Source of the DNA: an uncultured Gemmatimonadales bacterium
GTDB taxonomy: Bacteria; Gemmatimonadota; Gemmatimonadetes; Gemmatimonadales; GWC2-71-9
DNA: 64,000 nucleotides
Assembly (NCBI GenBank): GCA_963842945.1
Contig: CAWJIM010000006.1
Span: forward strand, 1-64,000
Direction of reading: 5' to 3'
Program-made: the position numbers and the translations under genes
Part shown: positions 10,315-22,072 of the stretch, piece after piece
How the letters are laid out: each line of letters starts with the position of its first letter
Numbering within the stretch: the stretch's first letter is position 1
The notes under the pieces: model-generated
The model's input: only the letters and a program-made list of their open reading frames with translations
Database searches by the model: none
What the model was told of the DNA's origin: nothing

Positions 10315-12751
10315 TTAGGGGTGATTCTGCTGGGCGTCCGAACCAAGCTGCTCGAAGGTGAGGTTCTGGATCCGGTACCGCCGCCAGTCCTGATAATCGA
10401 AGTGCCACCACTCCGCCTCGTAGACGGTGAAGCCCTCCGCCTCCATCGCGTGGCGCAGCAGATCGCGGTGCCACCGCTGGAGCGAGGTGCCGCCGGGATA
10501 GAGCGGATAGGAGCGGTCGCTCATCTCGTCGTAGCCGCCGGTCATGCGAATCGGCTTCCCGGTCTTCAGGTCGTACATGGTGATGTCGACCGCGCAGCCG
10601 CGGTTGTGCCGCGATCCGTCCGCGGGATTGGCGACGAAGAGGTGCTTGTCCACCGGCGTGCCGTCCCAGAACATCTTGGTCACGTACCACGGCCTGTACG
10701 AGTCGTGCACCAGCAGCCCGTAGCCCAGCGGCCGGAGCCGCCGGGCAGCCCGGACGACCGCCTCGGCCGCCGGCCGCTGCATGTAGGCGTGGGCCGAGGT
10801 GTAGAACGGCGCGCCCATGAAGTTGTTGCTGGTGGCGTAGCGAATGTCGTAGGCGATGCTGGAGTCGAGACTCCGCAGCTCGACCAGATCGGTGGGCCGG
10901 AAGTCTCCCGTCTCCTCGGGAGGACTGGCCGCCAGGGCTTCGGTGCGGAGGTCGGCAACGGGTTTGACCGGCGTGATCCGGAAGCTCACCCGGTCGTCGT
11001 CGCCGGCCAGGGATCTCCGCTTGAAGGGAACCGATCCCGCCACGGCCACCGTTGCCCGGCCATTGGAGCCGCGCCGAAAGACGATCTCCTCGCTCTCGTA
11101 CAGTCCCCAGTCGGGGAAACGATAGACGTCGCGGGACACCCGTCGAAGCGGATACTCGAAGAACCACTCGATCAGCGCGTTGAGCTTGCCGTCCTTCTCC
11201 CGGATGTAGAGCACGTCGTGGTCCCAGCCGTATTCGCCGATGAGGCCGGCGAACTCGTCGGTGGCCGCCGCCGGCTTGGGCTGCGCCATGGCCACTTCTT
11301 TGGAGCCTGGCGTGGCAAGTCGCTTCAGGGTGTCCTTGCCGACGGCGATCCGTCCGGGCGGCAGTGGGACAATGCGAACGTCCTGGCCGGGCTGGTCGGC
11401 AGGTACCAACTCCATCGGCTTGGCGGAGGCGCCGGAGTTTCCTGCTTCGTCAACTCGCAGCTCGGACCGCATGCCTCCCTGCACCGGTGTCAGGTACAGC
11501 CTGCCGGCATACTCCTCCAGATCCATCCCGGTGTCACCCTTCATGTACCGGCCCATGAGCGCTATGGCCTGGGACCGGGTCAGCGGAGCCGGAGTGGGGA
11601 CGGTGGGAAGCGGCTTCCCCGCGCGGGCCGCCAGCAGCATGCGGAGCGCCGCCTGGGCGATGGCATCGGTCACCGGATTGATCACGTCGAGCGTCGCGAC
11701 CACGACCACGCCCAGCGAATCGTCGGGCAGCGCCTCGAGCGAGGTGGCAAAGCCGTAGATGGCGCCGCCGTGTCCGACGGTTCGATGACCGTCGAGCGTG
11801 TCGAGACCGAAGCCGATGCCGAACCCGGTGGTGGCACCGGAATCGGCGAACTGCGGAGTCCACATCGAGTCCAGCGTGGCCCGGGCCAGGAGGCGTTTGC
11901 CGCCGGGGAGCGCGCCCCCGTCGAACAGGACCGACATGAAGCGGCTGAGATCGAGGACGGTGGTATAGAGGCTGCCGGCCGGTCCTACCCCGAGCTGAAA
12001 GGTGGGCGCCTCGAAGCGCCTGCCGTCGAGGGTCCACATGTAGCCCTTGGCCAGGCCGCTCCGAACCTCGGCGGTCGGCTGGAAGGCGCTGGCCCGCATG
12101 CCGAGCGGCTCGAGCACCGCGTGCTGCAGGTAGGGATAGAAGGACTCACCCTGGGTCCGCTCGAGCACATCGCCCAGCACCGCGATGCCGGCGTTGGAGT
12201 ATTTGGTCTGCTTGCCGGGGGGATAGATCAGGCTGGTCCGATTGAGGCTGGCGACGGTGGCCGCGAGCGTCGGCTCGGTGTCGTCGAAGTAGTGGCCGAC
12301 CGGTGGCTCCCGGGTGAGCCCGGAACGATGGGAGGTGAGCTGCCGGAGGGTGATCTCCCCGCCGAAAGGATTTCGGGGATGGAAGTCGGGGAGATACCGG
12401 GTAACCGGAGCGTCGAGGCGCAAGCTTCCCCCGTTCCACCAGCTGCATCACCGCGATGTCGGTGAAGAGCTTGGAGACCGAGCCCACTCGGTACACGGTG
12501 GCTGCGGTGGCGGGCACGCCGGCAGCGGAATCGGCCCAGCCGAATCCTCGAGCCCACACCACTCGGCTGCCGTCCACCAGCGCCACCGAGACGGCAGGGA
12601 TCTTATGCTCCGCCCTCTGCTGCTCGATCAAAGCGGTGAGCGCCTGGGCCACGCCCTGGTAGCGTGGGTCCGGCTCGACCACGCCTTGGGCCAGGCTGGC
12701 GCGAGGAAGCAGACCGCCCAAGATGGCCGCGACTGCCCCCAGTGTATACAT
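10315..12751 (-). CDS. Exported serine hydrolase fused to a C-terminal M15 D-Ala-D-Ala dipeptidase (VanX/DdpX-like); frameshift near 12430
   Basis: N-terminal VGSVSK, KYSN, HGGAIYG; C-terminal DIRYATSNNFMG, DSYRPW, SRHNRGCAVD, EWWHF in one continuous 702-aa ORF. Confidence 0.9.
12743..12750. promoter_or_regulatory. TGTATACA palindrome, candidate GntR operator 2
   Basis: AGTGTATACATT at the divergent junction of two hydrolase genes, overlapping a candidate start codon; a nearby GGATACA could be a half-site. Confidence 0.5.
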
Positions 12752-12785
12752 TCTCGGATACACTTCTCGCAGGCGGCCGCCGGAT

Positions 12786-14519
12786 ATGAACTGCAGATAT
12801 GCCATCTTCGCTCTCGTGCTGGTTGAGGTCGTGTCTCCCAGCGGAATCCTCGAGGCCCAACGCGCGGTGCCGGACAGCGTGGCCCGGCGGATCGATTCGG
12901 TCTTCACCAAGTTCGGGGCGGATTCGCCCGGTTGCGCCCTGGGCCTGTACCGCGACGGCCGCATCGTCTACCAACGGGGCTACGGCAGCGCCGACCTCGA
13001 GCGGAAGGTGCCGCTCTCGCCGGCCTCGGTGCTCGACATCGGCTCGACCTCGAAGCAGTTCACCGCGATGAGCATTCTGCTGCTCCAACGGGACGGCAAG
13101 CTCAGCCTGAACGACGACGTCCGCACCTACATCCCCGAGCTGCCCGACTACGGTACCCGGATCACCCTCGGCGACATGCTGCACCACATCAGCGGCCTCA
13201 GGGACTACACCACGCTACTGGCCCTGGCCGGAAATCCCACGGAGAACTGGACCACCGACCAGGACGCCCTCGACATTCTGGCTCAGCAGCGGGGGCTCAA
13301 CTTCAAACCCGGCAGCGAATGGCAGTACAGCAACTCGGGCTTCTTCCTGCTGTCCATCATCGTGAAGCGGGTGAGCGGACAGTCGATCCGGCGCTTTGCC
13401 CAGAGCCGCATCTTTGGGCCGCTGGGCATGACTCACACCCACATCCACGACGACCATACGATGGTGGTTCCCAACCGGGCCATCGGCTACATCCGGAGCG
13501 ACAGCGGTGGACCCTTCCGGATCGAGATGTCGGACTGGGAGCAGGCCGGTGACGGCTCGGTGCTCACGACGGTGGAAGACCTGGTCAAGTGGGACGAGAA
13601 CTTCTACTCCGGTCAGGTGGGCGGTCCGGGCGTGCTGGCCGAGATGCTCAAGCCGGGCAAGCTCGCCAGCGGAAAGGTGCTGGACTACGCCTCCGGCCTC
13701 TTCCTGGGCGAGTACCGCGGACTCAAGATGGTGGAGCACGGCGGCGCGTGGGCCGGCTACCGGGCCCAGCTGATGCGGTTCCCCACCGAGCACGTCTCGG
13801 TGGCCTGTCTGTGCAACCTGGGCTCCGCGGGGCCCACCGAACTGGCGCAGCGGGTGGTGGACGTTTACCTGGCCGACCGGCTCAAGCCCGCCCCGGCGCA
13901 GGTGGCGTCGGGATCTGACACCGTAACCGGCGCCGGCTCGCCGGTGCTGCCGCCCGAGCGGCTGCAGGACGCGGTGGGCACCTATCGCGACCCCAAGCTG
14001 GGCGAAGTTGGCCGCATCGTCCTGGTGGACGGGAAGCTGACCCTCAAGTACGGTGGCGGCTCCTTCGCGCTGCAGCCGGTCAGCGCGACCGAGTTCCGCC
14101 TGGCCGATCTCGACATCCGCCTCCGGTTCAATCCCGCGAAAGCCGGCCGTCCGCGGAGCATCCAGCTCATCGGCGCGGGACTCGACCAGCCGGTGCTCGA
14201 GGCCGTGACTCCCTTCCGTCCCACCGCCGCGGCTCTGGGCGAGTTCGCGGGCGAGTATTTCAGCCCCGAGCTGGCGAGCACCTACCGGGTGGCGCTGGAG
14301 AAACAGGCGCTGGTCCTCCATGCACGCAATCTTCCGATCACTCCGCTCGACCCGACCATCCCGGACGAGTTCGAATACCCGAGCATGGGCCTGACCCTGC
14401 ACTTCACCCGCACGAGCGGGAAGGTCAACGGCTTCACGCTGGCCTCGGGCCGGACCCAGGGCATTCGCTTCGAGCGGCGGCAGGCTACCAGCTCCCTCTC
14501 TCGCCCGCCCGGCCGATGA
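12786..14519 (+). CDS. Exported serine hydrolase, D-aminopeptidase-like (S12) with extra C-terminal beta domains
   Basis: [37 protein letters not shown]; intact ORF. Confidence 0.88.
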   Translation: MNCRYAIFALVLVEVVSPSGILEAQRAVPDSVARRIDSVFTKFGADSPGCALGLYRDGRIVYQRGYGSADLERKVPLSPASVLDIGSTSKQFTAMSILLLQRDGKLSLNDDVRTYIPELPDYGTRITLGDMLHHISGLRDYTTLLALAGNPTENWTTDQDALDILAQQRGLNFKPGSEWQYSNSGFFLLSIIVKRVSGQSIRRFAQSRIFGPLGMTHTHIHDDHTMVVPNRAIGYIRSDSGGPFRIEMSDWEQAGDGSVLTTVEDLVKWDENFYSGQVGGPGVLAEMLKPGKLASGKVLDYASGLFLGEYRGLKMVEHGGAWAGYRAQLMRFPTEHVSVACLCNLGSAGPTELAQRVVDVYLADRLKPAPAQVASGSDTVTGAGSPVLPPERLQDAVGTYRDPKLGEVGRIVLVDGKLTLKYGGGSFALQPVSATEFRLADLDIRLRFNPAKAGRPRSIQLIGAGLDQPVLEAVTPFRPTAAALGEFAGEYFSPELASTYRVALEKQALVLHARNLPITPLDPTIPDEFEYPSMGLTLHFTRTSGKVNGFTLASGRTQGIRFERRQATSSLSRPPGR

Positions 14520-15232
14520 CCCGCTCGAGCCGCTCCGCGGCGTTGCGCCAGTTGGTCTGCACCGCGCGCTGGGCGGCATCGGCGTTTCCCTTGTCGATCG
14601 CGGTGACGATCGCGTCGTGCTCGGCGGCGGAGGTCCTGAGATCGCTCACCAGCAGGCTGAGGTAGAGCCGCTCGTAGCGCTCTGCCTGGGGCTTGATAGT
14701 GGTGTGGAGGGCAAGGAGGCGGCGTCCGGCGCCGGCGTCGACGTAGGTGCGGTGAAAGGTGCTGTCGAGATCGTGCAGCCGGTTGTAGTCGGGCCGGCGC
14801 ACGTCGGCCTCGCGGCGGAAGTCGGCGTTGATGGCGCGGAGCGAGCGGGCCAACGCCCGCCGCTCTCCCGGAGGAAGCACCGCGGCCCACCGCGCGGCCA
14901 GCCCCTCGATCTCCGCCACGATGTGAAACACCTCGCGGGCGTCGTCGCTGGTGAGCGGCGCCACCGTCGGGCGGGCCAGCCGGCCCGCCCGAGGGGTCCA
15001 CGATGTAACCCTCCTGCTGCAGCCGCTGCAGGGCTCCCCGCACCGGGGTCCGGCTCACCCCGAGCCGGGCGGCGACATCGCTCTCGACGATCCGGCTGCC
15101 CGGCGCCATCACCCCGTGGACGATGAGGTGCCTGAGCCGCTCGTATACCACCAGCGGACGCTCGCCCCGGACCATCTGTTCCCCGCGGCGGGGCCGGGAG
15201 GGCCGGGGCGACGCAGGAGCTTTCAGGGCCAT
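14485..15232 (-). CDS. GntR family regulator (FadR/FCD type); frameshift near 14990
   Basis: w[33 protein letters not shown]-like DSTFH and EHDAIVTAI. Confidence 0.88.
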
Positions 15233-15358
15233 GCCGTCTCCGAGCTGGATGAGTTGGGCAACGATACTACTCCCGAGAGAGGATTGTCGAGCGGCGGCCA
15301 CCGGTTTCCCCAGGACGCCTTGCGCAATCCGGTCTTGGCATCCATTGTTGTGCCTGAA

Positions 15359-15370
15359 ACTGTATACAGT
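15359..15370. promoter_or_regulatory. ACTGTATACAGT perfect 12-bp palindrome, candidate GntR operator 3
   Basis: Lies between divergent gntR and susC. Confidence 0.65.
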
Positions 15371-15439
15371 GAAGCTATGCCACCTCCATCCGTTCGCAAG
15401 ACACTGTTCACCGCCAACGACCTCCTGCGGAACCGGACC

Positions 15440-18402
15440 ATGGCCAAGCATCCTGCCTCGCACGCCGCCTGTTCTGCTCGGCATCCTCCTGCTCGGACCG
15501 ACCGGCCTGGCCCGAGCCCAGGACTCGGTGCTGGCCGGCGTCGTCCTCAGCGCCACCAGCTCCCTGCCCCTGGAAGGCGCCCGGCTGAGCATCGACGGCA
15601 GCCCGCTGATCCAGACCAGCGACGCCAACGGACGGTTTCGATTTACCGGGGTCGCGGCACCCCAGGTGACGCTGCGGGTCGTCCGGGTCGGCTATCAGCC
15701 CGCCGCCGTCGTGGCCCGGGCCGGCGACACCGACATCCAGATCCGGCTGCGGGAGGCCGCGGTCCAGCTGAACGAGATCGTTGTCACCGGGCAGGCGGAG
15801 GGAACCGAACGCCGGGCGGTGGGCAACTCGATCGTGACCATCGATGCCCCGGCGGCGCTGGAGCTGTCCGCCGCGGAGGACGTCACCCGGCTGCTCAACG
15901 GGCGAGCTCCTGGCGTCACCGTGGTACCGAACTCGGGTCGAATAGGGGCCGGTCCCAGTCTCACCGTGCGCGGCCTCGGGTCGCTCTCGCTCAACACCCA
16001 GCCGCTGGTGTACATCGACGGCGTTCGGGTCAACAACGACGTGAGCAGCGGGCCGCATCGCCGCCGGCGGCCTGGTGGTCTCCCGGCTCAACGACGTGGC
16101 GCCGGAAGACATCGAGAGCATGGAGATCATCAAGGGCCCCGCCGCCGCGACGCTATATGGAACGGAAGCCTCCAACGGCGTCATCCAGATCATCACCAAG
16201 AAGGGCCGGGCCGGCAGCCGTCCCCAGATCAGCTTCACCACCCGGCAGGGCACCAACTGGTTCCAGAATCCCGAGGGCCGGATCCCGGCGAACTTCGGCC
16301 TCGATCCGGTAACCGGCGCCGTGGTGTCCCAGAACCTGGTGCAGCAGGAAAGCGACCGGGGCACGCCGATCTGGGACAACGGCTACAGCGGGAGCTACAG
16401 CCTCTCGGCTACGGGCGGCTCCAACGCGGTGCAGTACTATCTCTCCGGCAACTACGATGACGACCACGGCATCGACCCGACCAACAAGGCCCGCCGGTTT
16501 GCCGGGCACGCCAATCTTTCCTTTCCGATCAGCCAGAAGCTCGACGTCGCAGCCAGCTTCAACTACATAAAGGCGAAGTACCACCTGGGCGTGGACTACG
16601 GCGACGGCGTCCTGTTCAATACTCTCTACGGCCTTCCGATCCTGGCCGAAACCCCTACTCGCGGATTCCTGCAGACGCCGCCCGAGGCATTCTATTCCGG
16701 CGTGTTCGACAACACCCAGGATCTCGCCCGCTTCACCGGCAGCGTCACCGCGAACCATCGTCCGCTCAGCTGGCTCAGTCACCGCTTGACCCTGGGATTC
16801 GACCAGACGGGGGAAGACAACCAGGCGCTGACCCAGTTCATGCCTCCGGACGTGGCTCAGTTCTACGATCCGATCTCGGCCCGGGGCCAAGTCACGATCA
16901 ACCGCCAGGACATCTCGTTCTACACCGCTGATTACTCCGCGACCGGCCGCTTCAACCTGTCTTCCAAGATCAGCTCCGCGACCTCGGTCGGCGCCCAGTA
17001 TTACCAGCGGCGGGTCGACTCGATCTCGGTAACAGGAACCCAGTTCCCTGCCCCGGGGTTCGTGACCGGCAACTCCACGGCCATTGCTCCCGGCGGCCAG
17101 GAGTTCGTTCCCAACAAGACGATCGGTCTCTTTGCCCAGCAGCAGTTCGGGCTCAACGACCGGGCCTTCCTCACCGGCGCCGTCCGCGTCGACAACAACA
17201 GCGCGTTCGGTGACAATTTCGATTTTGCCAGCTACCCCAAGCTGAGTGGCACCTGGGTGGTGAGCGAGGAGGGATTCTTCGGACTGGATTTCGTGAACGC
17301 CCTCAAGCTGCGCGCGGCGTACGGAGCCTCGGGTGAGCAGCCCCAGACCTTCGCCGCCCTCCGGACCTACCAGCCGAGCACCGGGCCGAACGACGAGCCG
17401 ATCGTCACCCCGCAGTTCGTGGGGAATGCAGACCTCAAGCCGGAGCGGGGAGAGGAGGTCGAGCTGGGCTTCGAGGCCGGTCTCTTCAACCGCATCGGCA
17501 TCGACTTCACCGTGTACTCCAAGCAGACCAAGGACGCGATCCTGCTGCGGGGCGTGCCACCGTCCGGCGGATTTCCCGGGGAGCAGTTCGTCAATATCGG
17601 CCAGGTGAGCAACAAAGGAGTCGAGCTGCAGGTGAACGCCCAGCCGATCACCAACCCGAATTTCAGCTGGGATCTGGGGTTCAACGTGGCGACCGCCTCC
17701 AACGAGATCGTCGATCTGGGCGGAATTCCCAGCATCAGCACCTTCCCGCCCCAGAGCAGCGTGGAAGGCTTTCCCATCGCCTCGTACTTCATCAAGAAGG
17801 TGGTGAGCGCCACGGCGGATCCCGACGGGACGCTGACCAGCGCGCTGTGCGACGGGGGGCCGGGGCAGGCTCCGGTCGACTGCTCGGCGGCACCGCTGGT
17901 GTTCGCGGGAACGCCGATCCCCAAGGTCGCCGGCGCCTTCACCACCACGCTGACCCTGTTCCGCAACCTCCGGCTCTATGGTTTGGTGGACTTCAAGCAG
18001 GGGCACAAGCGGTTCAATACCGACAAGTGGATCCGCTGCGACGTCTTTGCCAACTGCGAGGAGGCGGTGACGCCGGCGGGCCGCGATCCTCTGCTGTTGG
18101 CCGACATGGCGTTGGGCGCCGATCTCCAGACGATCAACTCGTTCATCGAGGACGCCGGTTTCTTCAAGCTGCGGGAGATCTCGGCCAGCTATACCCTGCC
18201 GGACCGGTGGGCCGCGGCGATCGGGGCCCAGCGGGCGGTCGTTACCGCTACCGGACGTAACCTGCACACCTGGACCAGTTATACCGGGCTCGACCCGGAC
18301 CGGCAGAGCCCCCAGGGACAAGCGGCCCCGCTCGACTTCTTCGATCAGGCGGTGACACCACCCCTGGCCCAGTTCCTGATGACCATCAGCCTCAACTTCT
18401 AG
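15440..18402 (+). CDS. SusC/RagA family TonB-dependent outer-membrane receptor; frameshifts near the start and near 16060
   Basis: CarboxypepD-like N-domain, [53 protein letters not shown]-terminal F. Confidence 0.93.
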
Positions 18403-18429
18403 CGCGCGGCGCAACCGGAGAGGACGACC

Positions 18430-19760
18430 ATGACACAGAAATCGTCAGCGTGGCTGGACTGGTGCCTGGGCGTGGCCTGTGCCGGCATGCTCTGCCTGAT
18501 TCTCGCCGCCTGTCACGACATCACTTCGCTGGAGCAGGAGTCTCCCAGCCGGGTCAAGGCCGAAGACCTGGAGAAACCGGAGAATGCATCGCTCCTGGTG
18601 ACAAGCGCGGTGGGTGACTTCGAGTGCGCCCTCAACGACTACATCGTGGCCGCGGGCGCGGTGAGTGACGAGCTGGCCAACGCCAATCTGGCGAACATCC
18701 TGTGGGACTTCGACCGGCGAACCATCGTTCCGACCCTCGCCAACTACTCGACCGATACCTGCGACGACGGCAATCCCACGGTCTACACCGTGCTGTCCAC
18801 CGCGCGCTTCGACGCCGACAAGGCGCTCTCGCTGCTGGACGGCTGGACCGACGAACAGGTGCCGGACCGAACCGCGCTGATCAGCGTCGCCGCGACGTAT
18901 GCCGGATACAGCCTGGTGCTGCTGGGCGAGGGAATGTGCTCGGCGGCGCTCGATGTCGGCCCGGAGCTGACGCCGGCGCAGATCCTGACTGAGGCCGAGG
19001 CGCGGTTCACCCGGGCGATCGACGCGGCAACCGCGGCGCTCACCACGGCGCCAACAGCGGATGACAGCCTCAGCCTGAACTCGACCCTGAACCTGGCCCT
19101 GGTCGGCCGAGCCAGAGCGCGACTGGATCTGGGCAACAAGCCCGGTGCGGGAGCCGACGCCGCGCTGGTTCCTGCCGGATTCCTGGTAACGGCGACCCGA
19201 TCCAGCACCAAGACCCAGCGGGAGAATCTGGTCTTCACCTCCTCTATCGGGATCTCACCTTTACGGTGGACGTTCCCTTCCGGGATCTCACCTTCGGTGG
19301 CGTGCCGGATCCCCGGGTGACGGTAACCGATTTGGGCACCACCGGCGCCGACAATGCCACCGAGATCTTTGCCCCGGCCAAGTACACCAGCATCGACGCG
19401 CCGATCGTGGTGGGGAAATGGGAGGAGGCCCAGCTGATCCTGGCGGAGGCAGACCTGGCCGTGGGTGACGTAGGCGGCGCAGTCACCATCATCAACACGC
19501 TGCACACCAATGCCGGACTTCCCGCCTACGGCGGCGGAACCCCGGAAGAGGTGCTGGCCCAGATCATCGACGAGCGGAGCCGGGAGCTGTTTCTCGAGGG
19601 CCAGCGTCTGGGCGACATCATCCGCTACGCCGTGCCGCTCTATCCGGCCCCGGGAACGCCCTTCGCCGTGGGTGCAGGAACTTCGGGCGAGTATGGAACT
19701 CAGGTGTGCTTCCCCCTTCCGACGGTGGAGCGGAACAACAACCCGAATATCCCGGATTGA
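18430..19760 (+). CDS. SusD/RagB family substrate-binding lipoprotein; frameshift near 19245
   Basis: Lipobox LAAC, EAQLILAEA, DERSRELFLEGQRLGDIIR, FPLP..ERNNNPN; follows susC. Confidence 0.9.
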
Positions 19761-19773
19761 CGTGGGGAAGGAC

Positions 19774-19846
19774 GGAACGACGGAAGGACGGACTACGCGA
19801 GCTCGAAGGCGTTCGTTCCGTCGTTCCCTCCACGTTCCTCACGTTC
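19774..19846. repeat. Hairpin built from GGAACGAC-type short repeats after susD (possible terminator or mRNA stabiliser)
   Basis: GGAACGACGGAA (19774-19785) pairs with TTCCGTCGTTCC (19816-19827); related sequence at about 42041-42073. Confidence 0.55.
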
Positions 19847-19859
19847 AGTATCTTCTGGA

Positions 19860-20684
19860 ATGACTTCCCTCGCAGAACGACATAAGCGCTTCCGCGAGCT
19901 GCACCAGTCCGGCTGCTTCGTGATCCCCAACCCGTGGGACATCGGCAGCGCCAAGCTGCTCGCCCGGCTCGGCTTTCCCGCCCTCGCCACCACCAGCTCC
20001 GGATTTGCCTGGTCGCAGGGACGGCGGGACAACCACGTCACGCTGGACCAGGCTCTCGCCCACATGCAGGAGATCTCCTCGGCCGTAGATCTCCCCGTGA
20101 ACGCCGACTTCGAGGGCGGGTTCGCCGTAGAGCCGGAGGGTGTCGCTCTCAACGTTTCAGCGGCAACCGAGACCGGGGTCTCCGGACTCTCGATCGAGGA
20201 CTCCACCGGCGATCCGGCGAAACCGCTGTTCGACTTCGAGCTCGCGGTCGAGCGAATCCGGGCCGCACGCCGGGCGTTAGACCAGAGCCGCAGCGGAATC
20301 CTGCTGGTGGGCCGGTCGGAGGGATTCATCGTCGGGCGGCCGGACCTTCGGGAGACAATTCGGCGGCTCACCGCGTATGCCGAGGCGGGAGCAGACTGTC
20401 TTTATCCGCCGGGGATCCGGAGTCGCGAAGAGATCTCGGCGGTGGTCAAGGCAGTCGCACCCAAGCCGGTGAACGTGCTGGTCGGCAGCGACTTCACCAC
20501 CGTCGCTCAGCTGGCCGCGCTGGGAGTGCGGCGGATCAGCGTGGGCGGGGCGCTGGCGCGGGCGGCCTGGACCGGGTTCCTCCAGGCGGCAAAGGAGATC
20601 GCGAGCCAAGGGAGTTTCACCGGACTCGCGAAGGCGGTGCCGTTCGATGAGGTCGAAGAGTGCTTTGACAGCCCCAGCGTTTAA
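19860..20684 (+). CDS. Isocitrate lyase/PEP mutase family protein
   Basis: PNPWDIGSA, ALATTSSG, PVNADFEGG, SIED, RRISVGG. Confidence 0.9.
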   Translation: MTSLAERHKRFRELHQSGCFVIPNPWDIGSAKLLARLGFPALATTSSGFAWSQGRRDNHVTLDQALAHMQEISSAVDLPVNADFEGGFAVEPEGVALNVSAATETGVSGLSIEDSTGDPAKPLFDFELAVERIRAARRALDQSRSGILLVGRSEGFIVGRPDLRETIRRLTAYAEAGADCLYPPGIRSREEISAVVKAVAPKPVNVLVGSDFTTVAQLAALGVRRISVGGALARAAWTGFLQAAKEIASQGSFTGLAKAVPFDEVEECFDSPSV

Positions 20685-22072
20685 GGGGTAACTCTCCAGA
20701 CACTGATCGATCCTCCGCGATAAGGCTGGTGGAAGACGGCGCCCACGGTGTCGCTTGGCGAGTGAGTGGAACGGATCAGGAGACCGGTGGGATGCTCCTG
20801 AGACCAGCGAGGCAGCTGCTTCCGGCTGAGCTGAGCGAACGGGCGCTCCAGCCGACCGATGAAGTGGAACTCACCGGCATACTGCCCCAGGAATGCGATC
20901 GGCCGGCCCGAGGACTCCGCCTGACGGAGATAGTGGGAGACCGGCCGGAGGTCGGAGCGGTCGAGATATCCCTTGCCAGCGGTCTCCAGGAAAATCAGGA
21001 TCAGCGGACTCACCAGACTCAGCGCGATTGCGGTTTGTCTCCGGTCTGACGGCAGCGCCATCGCAGCCAGCAGCGCCACCCCCGGCAACAGCGGAAACAG
21101 ATACTGCAGCTGCTTCCCGCTGATCAGCGTCAGAATGACGAAGCCCGGAATGACCCAGGCGAGCGCGAACCGAAGGGCGACGCTCTCCCGCGCGCGAACC
21201 GCGCCAACGATCGAGCGCCACCAGGGGAGCCACAGGCTCCAGGGAAAGAAGACCAGCGGACTCATCGCGATGTACCACCACAGGGCGCGCCGGTGGGCGA
21301 ACGACTTGGTGATTCGGCCCGCCGTCTGTCCCCAGAGAATCGCGTCGCGGTAGGCGCCGCCAGCGGCCGACGCGGTGAGCGCCCAGGCCAACGCCAACCC
21401 GGCGCCGAGCACGAGCGCGACGAGCAGTCCGACATACCAACTGCTCCAGCGGGGCCGCTGCGAGGCACCGTGAGTCCACCACGGCGCTAGCAGTGCCGCG
21501 GGAAGTACATGGATCAGTACCACCGGTCCCTTCGCCAGGAGACCGAGCCCCACACCGGCAGCGTAGGCCATCCATCCCCGGAGCGCCCCTCCGCGCCAGA
21601 CTTCCACCAGACCGAGCAGCGCCAGCAGAACACAGACGGTGAGCAGGGTGTCGAACAGCACCAGACTGGAGTAGATCACCCAGAGCAGCGTGCTCAGGAA
21701 CGGGAGCGTGCGATCGGCGGCGTCGGGCAGCTCCGGCGCCAGTCTCCGCGTCAGTCTCACCAGCAGCAGCGCGCTGACCAGACCACAAAGCGGCGGCAGG
21801 AGACGGGGCCACCACTGGTTCACCCCGAAGATGCGCCAGCCGAGCAGCATGCCCCAGAAGAGGAGCGGCGGCTTGTCGGGATAGGGACTGCCGTTGAGGT
21901 AGGGGACCAGCCAGTCGTGGCGGAGCCACATCTCCCACGCCACCGAGAGGTAGCGGGTCTCGTCGATCGCGAGTACCGGGCGCAGCGCGAGCGCCAGGGC
22001 GACCGCTACTCCCCAGAGAACCAGCCAGCTCCAACCGCTCAGGAGTTTGGGTCGCCGATCAGACCTCGGCAC
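20681..22072 (-). CDS. ArnT-like GT-C glycosyltransferase (lipid A modification)
   Basis: DETRYLSVAWEM, YPDKPPLLFW, LAKGPV, GKQLQYLFP; multi-TM. Confidence 0.85.
   Translation of the reverse strand: MPRSDRRPKLLSGWSWLVLWGVAVALALALRPVLAIDETRYLSVAWEMWLRHDWLVPYLNGSPYPDKPPLLFWGMLLGWRIFGVNQWWPRLLPPLCGLVSALLLVRLTRRLAPELPDAADRTLPFLSTLLWVIYSSLVLFDTLLTVCVLLALLGLVEVWRGGALRGWMAYAAGVGLGLLAKGPVVLIHVLPAALLAPWWTHGASQRPRWSSWYVGLLVALVLGAGLALAWALTASAAGGAYRDAILWGQTAGRITKSFAHRRALWWYIAMSPLVFFPWSLWLPWWRSIVGAVRARESVALRFALAWVIPGFVILTLISGKQLQYLFPLLPGVALLAAMALPSDRRQTAIALSLVSPLILIFLETAGKGYLDRSDLRPVSHYLRQAESSGRPIAFLGQYAGEFHFIGRLERPFAQLSRKQLPRWSQEHPTGLLIRSTHSPSDTVGAVFHQPYRGGSISVWRVTP

Noticed and set aside
10315..10960. 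vanX as a vancomycin-resistance determinant
   Set aside because: No vanH, vanA or vanRS; the domain is fused to an exported hydrolase in a catabolic context
3..14519. Four AmpC beta-lactamase resistance genes
   Set aside because: They have HGG rather than KTG triads and long C-terminal extensions, which fits peptidase-type S12 enzymes; resistance is not supported
10297..18414. Long antisense ORFs (10297-12465 +, 13215-14579 -, 16153-18414 -; also 46990-48621 -)
   Set aside because: Shadow frames of real GC-rich genes, with no recognisable motifs
3..19760. Programmed ribosomal frameshifting across the locus
   Set aside because: Breaks are numerous, irregular and lack consistent slippery sites; sequencing error is simpler
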